Source: Zygnema circumcarinatum SAG 698-1b (lineage: Eukaryota; Plantae; Zygnematophyceae). From it: a stretch of 64,000 nucleotides of DNA. Positions within the stretch are counted from its first letter, which is position 1, and every line of letters starts with the position of its first letter. Positions 58,628 to 64,000 of the stretch are shown here, one piece after another. Made by a program: the position numbers and the translations under genes. A model generated the notes under the pieces. That model was given only the letters and a program-made list of their open reading frames with translations. It was not told where the DNA came from and searched no databases. The stretch covers positions 1,726,689 through 1,790,688 of the forward strand of contig CM074809.1 of assembly GCA_037447605.1 (NCBI GenBank). The letters are read 5' to 3'.

Positions 58628-59888
58628 TCCAAGTCCTGCCCTCCCGGCCCCCTACGTAGGGAGGCTGAGAGGGAGGGAGAGAGGGAAATGGCTTCCACGC
58701 CCCGACCCTCCAATGCATCTGCCCTGCGGCCTTGTCCACGTGCAGCACCTGCCCATGCAGACGCGCAGCAGCCGGAAACCACGAGGTGCCCGGTTTGCCT
58801 GTCCTGGGCGACGGGCGGATGTCGCACGCGCGACGCCTTTCGTGCGACGTGATCGCCCAACGGCTAGTTCGGCCTCCTCTTCGTGCCTTCTCACTTCAAG
58901 CGAGGCTCGAATGGGCTCTAGGTTTGGCATGATGGTCTTGCTGCCGCCAAAGTATTGTTGGTATGAGGACAAGGACTATGAGTGTGAAATTGCAAGCATA
59001 CCTTTTTTGAACCACGTGCGCGAATTTGGGAATGTTATACTTGGACATTCAAACACATTGAATGATACTTATCGAATAATAAAAGGATGGGTTTGCTGAC
59101 GTCGACTGCCGGGCCTACATGTTTCCCTCGTTACGATAGTGGGGAGAGAGAGGGATAGGGAGAAAGAGCTTCCATAATGGCCCCTGAGGGAGGGCCAGAA
59201 GCGTGTCAAGGGTAATGGAAGTAGAGGGAGTGAAGTCATAGGGATAGTCATTCTTTTTCTACAATATGGTTGATACTCAAAATCTGCCTGTCTTCATGGA
59301 ATGGTCGGTCAGCATGGCGGCGGGCTCGCAACAAAAAGTACCGTATCCCCCGTGCTCGTCAGCCTTTGGAACTCTGAAAATTCAGCTTGAGCTGTAGTTC
59401 TCTAGGTGAAATTGTAGCTATTCGTGGTTTCCAAGCGGAGTTGGGTTTCCAGGGATAAACCAGTTGGGGTCAACCACATACAGGTCCAGCCAACAGTGAT
59501 TGGTTGAGAAAAAAACTGGGACTCGACGTCTACATGAAGTAGGCACGAGATAGCCGCAAGAGTGCGCGCTTCAAGCCTAGGTCTCATGTCATGCACAACA
59601 AAACGCGAGTTTTATTTTTATTTTTTTCGAGTTCACATGGCGCATGTGCGCATGTGCGCCGGCACACTCGCAAGCGCTGCGTACGGCTGTTCGATGGAGA
59701 ACAATAACTGGGACTGAGTCAGGGACACGGAAAAGCGTGACTTTCCCGTGCCACGCTAAAAGACACGACACTGTCTTTTAGCAGACAAAAAGACAGTCTG
59801 CTCTCTCGGCACTACAACGGACCCCACAGCTCCCTGTTCACGGAACTGGAACTAAAACTGGATCAAACATGTAATGGAATGTTTAACA

Positions 59889-59905
59889 GCATATAAATAC
59901 GCGAC
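59889..59905 (+). promoter_or_regulatory. TATA box immediately followed by a CACGTG E-box, upstream of the BTS-like gene
   Basis: GCATATAAATACGCGACACGTGGTCC about 150 nt before ATG 60046. Confidence 0.45.
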
Positions 59906-60045
59906 ACGTGGTCCTAAATGTATGCGGAAGCGGGATTTGCGCTCCGTTGTTTTACGCGGCACGCGAAGCTTCCAGTCCAGTGAGGGGCAGTGCTGAGGGA
60001 GGGAGGGAGGGCGAGGAAGGGACTTGTCGGGGCAGAGCTGGAGTC

Positions 60046-63000
60046 ATGGCTGCTGCCGCCTGTGCCCTCGGGGCGGAGAGCTTCACGCAGCTCAACCTGT
60101 CGAGGAACCTCTACTCTCTGGCAAATGGAAACTCCTCGCCAATTGTGGAACTCAAGTTCTTCCACACGGCCATTCGAGCGGAGCTCAGCAGGCTTTTTGA
60201 AGATGCTCTTGCACTAGAAGAGGGGACGGAGAAGGAGCTCTGGAATATTTGGCAGAGGTATCATTTCCTCCGAAAGGTTTACCAATACCACAGCAGTGGA
60301 GAAGACGAGGTGAGAAATATTCATGCCAGCTAATCCAAAGGCCGCTTCCTTGGCGCCATTTTGTCAGATGTGCGTTGTTCGTACGAGCAGTACAGATACG
60401 CTACATCCTTTAAGACATGCTATATGTCCAGAAATTTCTCGGACGTTGCATATGCTCAAGGTGCACGGCCGTGTTCATCCTTTGTGAAGGTACTTTGTAG
60501 CGAGTGATTCCTTCTACCTTTGAGTATGCATATGGTTGTATCCATAACCATGGTAACTTTCCATTAAAGGTGCTGAAGAATCTTTGAATTTCTGATGTCG
60601 TCCATGCAGGTCATCCTTCCAGCACTTGATCTTAGAGTAAAGAATGTTGCAAGCACCTACTGTCTCGAACACAAAGAAGAGGAAGATTTATTCGAACGAA
60701 TTTTGGAGCTGCTTAACTCTCTGTTGAACGAGGATAATAGTGTAAAAGCCAGTGTCTTACACAGGCTTTTATGCTGTATCGAAACTTTACAGAAAACGTT
60801 AGAGCAGCATCTCTCAAAGGAGGAAGAGCAGGTGTTCGGATCTTCTCATCGCCCTGCCTATTTTTAGCTGCTTTGCTATCTTATTGCCACCGGCTCAGGA
60901 TTGATAATTCGTTCTCTTTTGAATTCGCAGTTGGTCGGTTTGATGTCCGTTTAGTATCTCTATCAAACTTCGTGTTCTCGATGCCTTGTTGTGCAGGTTT
61001 TCCCACTTCTTGTCCAACATTTTAGCCCAGACGAGCAGGCTGTATTAGTCTGGCAGTACTTGTGTTGTATTCCCGTTAACTTGATGGAAGAATGCTTACC
61101 CTGGATAGCCTCATCTTTGTCAGAGGACGAGAGACAAGAAATGCTGAGCCACATGCACGTCATTGTTCCTCCGGAGAAGTTGCTCCAACAGGTATGCAGG
61201 CATAACCCTGTACGAATGCCAGATCGTCGTTAGCTTCAACCAATTTGCAGTTATGAGAGGGTAACTCAAAACCACTCTGAAGAAAATGAGCTCTAGCATC
61301 AGCCAATAAAACACGAGCTTATTGTTAGGCTTACCCTTGCGCAACTTTTTGAAGCCCTTTTCTTCGTGAGCTTTTAGGCCCTTCCCACAGTTCACCACAA
61401 TATGTGCAAAATATTTCCATGTTTTGCAGCATTGACCACTATATGCATGGCTTTCATGGGCATGTTGGAACATGCTGGGTTATTTCGGCACTGGACGAGC
61501 TTTTGCTTTCCTTAAGCATACAAAGAGCACAGTCTTTGTATGTCCTACCTTGGTTGACCCAACAACGTTTGTCACCAGGTCGTCTCTGCGTGGTTATCTA
61601 GAGGAGAGCGGTCCTTACCAGCAATTTTATCCGGATGGATGATGGCACGCAGCAACTATAGCACTGATCCTACAAAAAATCATAGCGGTATTGACCCGAT
61701 GACATCTGAAACGTTTGTACAACACAGTCCTTCGACATCAGCATTCATCGAGTCGAAACCTGCTGAATCCATAGTAAATGAAGCCGGCACTTCTTCAGCT
61801 GCCATTGCCAGATTCCCAATAAATGAGCTTATTTTATGGCACAATGCGATTCGGAAGGAGCTTGGTGATTTTGCCGATGAAGCCCGGAGGATTCACTTAT
61901 CTGGCGTTCTAACGGCTGCTGATTTATCATCGTTCGCCCAGCGCTACCGTTTTCTTGCTGACGTCTGCTACTTCCACAGGTGTGTAGTTGATGTATCTCC
62001 AGGACTGCTCCGCTGCTGAGTGTGGGAATGCAAGCAGTTCGTCCCACTGGACTTGGTTCGGTAGACATGCAAAACTTGGCTGAGTTTGACTATCTGCACG
62101 TCCATGCGACGAATTTATATGGCATTACACTGTATTTGAGGTGATGTAGTGAATATGCACTTTTTTAGGTACTGTCCTTGTATACGAGAGCCAAAACTCT
62201 GGACACGGAATTGCTTGCATCAACCGCATCCTACAAGCGGAGTAAAGATCTTGGCGATATGTATCTTTCGTGTGTAGTTTGATGCATGATTAGGGTTTTT
62301 AAAGACGAAATTTATGATAGTCTACTATTCCGTGAAGCTCAGGCTTATGAAATCAAGAAACCAGAATGAAAATAAGTTGTCTGAATCTTGCACTTCCAGA
62401 AATCTTCTATAACAACAGTTACCCAGCTTTAAAAAATCTAATGGTTTCATGCTTCATTATTCTTACAGATAGGTAAATCTAGAGTGTATAGTTATATGGG
62501 TGCTTAGCCAGATTAGATTCCTAGATTTCTAAGGTAATTCAAACGATTTTTGAAACCTGTGGTTGCACCGCTGGAATGCTAGATTCTGAGGGATGTTTAC
62601 AATTATCCATCTGCAGTACTGCAGAGGATGAAGTGGTATTTCCAGCTCTCAAAAGGAAAGTCGAGCATCCGTGGTCATACTTGAAGGAGCATGCAGAGGA
62701 GGGGCAACAGTTTTTGGATGTGGGCCGCTTATTAGAGGGAGCGCAATTAAGCGCAGGCAATGGGAGTAATATATCACTTCAACTTTTCAGAGAATTATGT
62801 TCAAGTGCGGAAGCAATAGTACACAATGTACAAAGACATCTACTGGATGAGGAGTTGAAGGTATGTGTATATTCTCATTGGTCGGTCCAGAGTTTTTTTA
62901 TGTCAAGTTGGCCTCGTTTCTCGGCACTGGGACTCTTTCTTATGTAACAAGATGAACCCAGAAGCTCTTCAGTCGTTCCGCATGGCCGGATGCATTGTGC

Positions 63001-64000
63001 TTGGCAGGGCAGTGCTAATTCTGCTCGAAACTTAGGCTCAAAATATTGCTAAGGGGCATGGGGAGTAGGGAGGCAGGAGATAAGGATTGTGATCATTTGT
63101 TGTATTGGAAGGAAATTGAGGCTCTTGTTACCAAGAGTTAATAAAGGCTATATGCTGCTCGCAATGTGTTGTGGATGGCCTCTTTGTTCAGCAAATCAAG
63201 GCCCATTGTCCACTTCATTCTATGCAGCTTGCTTTTTTTTTTCTACTGAAGTATTACATAAACAGGTTCTTTTCATTTTCAGTTTATGCTTCTGTGGGGT
63301 CTCCATTGGAGGTCTTTCCCAGGTCCTTTTGTTTGTGCTGTTCTGTACCTGTCGCTGCACATAAGTGTTCATTTTAGCATACTCCCACAGGACTAAGGTT
63401 GCTATCTGAGCATTTTAGTTAGGGGCGGTTAGCGTTTTGTCGTGTACAGTTACGCAAGAAACGATTTGCCTAATCTGGGAACTTTGTAATAATCATACTT
63501 TTGCTGATGGATACGCTTCATGTACATGATTATCCTGATCTTAGCTGGAAAGCTCATTGCTCAGAAGTTTAGCCTGTGGTGAGTTTGTCCGTTACTAATT
63601 ATGTGCTTGCTGCTTTAGTAAAGGAGATTGATGGCACTCGAACGGAATTGCTGATATCTCTGTTGCTTGCAGGTGTTACCCTTGGTTCGGGAGCATTGCA
63701 GTGTGGAAGAACAACGAGTTTTGGTGTACCAAAGCCTGAGAGAGATGCCATTACGATTGATTGAGCGAGTTTTGCCTTGGGTGGTGAGATGCATCAGTGA
63801 CGATGATGCTGCTGACATGATTCGCAATATGCACCTTGCAGGTAAGGATTTTTTTCATTCATGGAATCACCAGGGCATTTACCAAACGTAATGTTTTCGT
63901 AGTTGTATGCTTTTGGGCGGAGGGCAGAGCCTGCATCGTCCTTAGATAGTACTCGAAATCTCTTACAACCTATCTTGCTCCCCTCTTTCTTTCTCAGTTT
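60046..64000 (+). CDS. BTS: BRUTUS-like hemerythrin (HHE) domain zinc-finger E3 ligase, 5' part (continues beyond the window)
   Basis: Exons ~60046-60309, 60611-60831, 60998-61191, 61579-61979, 62616-62859, 63673-63841. HHE motifs FFHTAIRAEL..YQYHSSGEDE|VILPALD..EHKEEEDLF..EQHLSKEEEQ|VFPLL; QAVLVWQYLCCIPVNLMEECLPW; LWHNAIRKEL..YFHS|TAEDEVVFPAL..EHAEEGQQF..HLLDEELK|VLPLVREH..QSLREMPLRLIERVLPW. Confidence 0.93.

Noticed and set aside
58930-59099. Short ORF MMVLLPPKYCWYEDKDYECEIA.. near BTS, considered as an IRON MAN/FEP-like peptide
   Set aside because: Lacks the Asp-rich stretch and the terminal DYAPAA consensus.

Overview
Eukaryotic, intron-rich nuclear DNA from a green plant. The 5S rRNA sequence type and the gene set suggest a non-seed streptophyte (charophyte alga or bryophyte grade); this is an inference and I cannot name the species. 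Nine spliced protein genes can be assembled by eye: MUS81 (-, 3' end outside the window), a CRF-domain AP2/ERF factor (+), a conserved uncharacterised plant protein (-), a DHU1-like LRR-WD40 protein (+), an S28 Pro-X carboxypeptidase (+), QSOX sulfhydryl oxidase (+), PNISR-like SR protein (-), a divergent PLGG1/LrgAB-type plastid transporter (-) and BRUTUS-like hemerythrin E3 ligase (+, truncated by the window end). Non-coding highlights: (i) two 5S rRNA-like genes in tail-to-tail orientation inside a ~900 bp imperfect inverted repeat just upstream of MUS81, one interrupted by a poly(A) run plus short duplication; (ii) a 934 bp foldback MITE with an 8 bp TSD; (iii) a 989 bp hAT-type element with 17 bp TIRs and an 8 bp TSD; (iv) a G-box-rich TIR element; (v) a dispersed ~80 bp hairpin-bearing repeat. 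Gene identities come from recalled family motifs, not database searches. Exon boundaries are manual GT/GC-AG and phase inferences.
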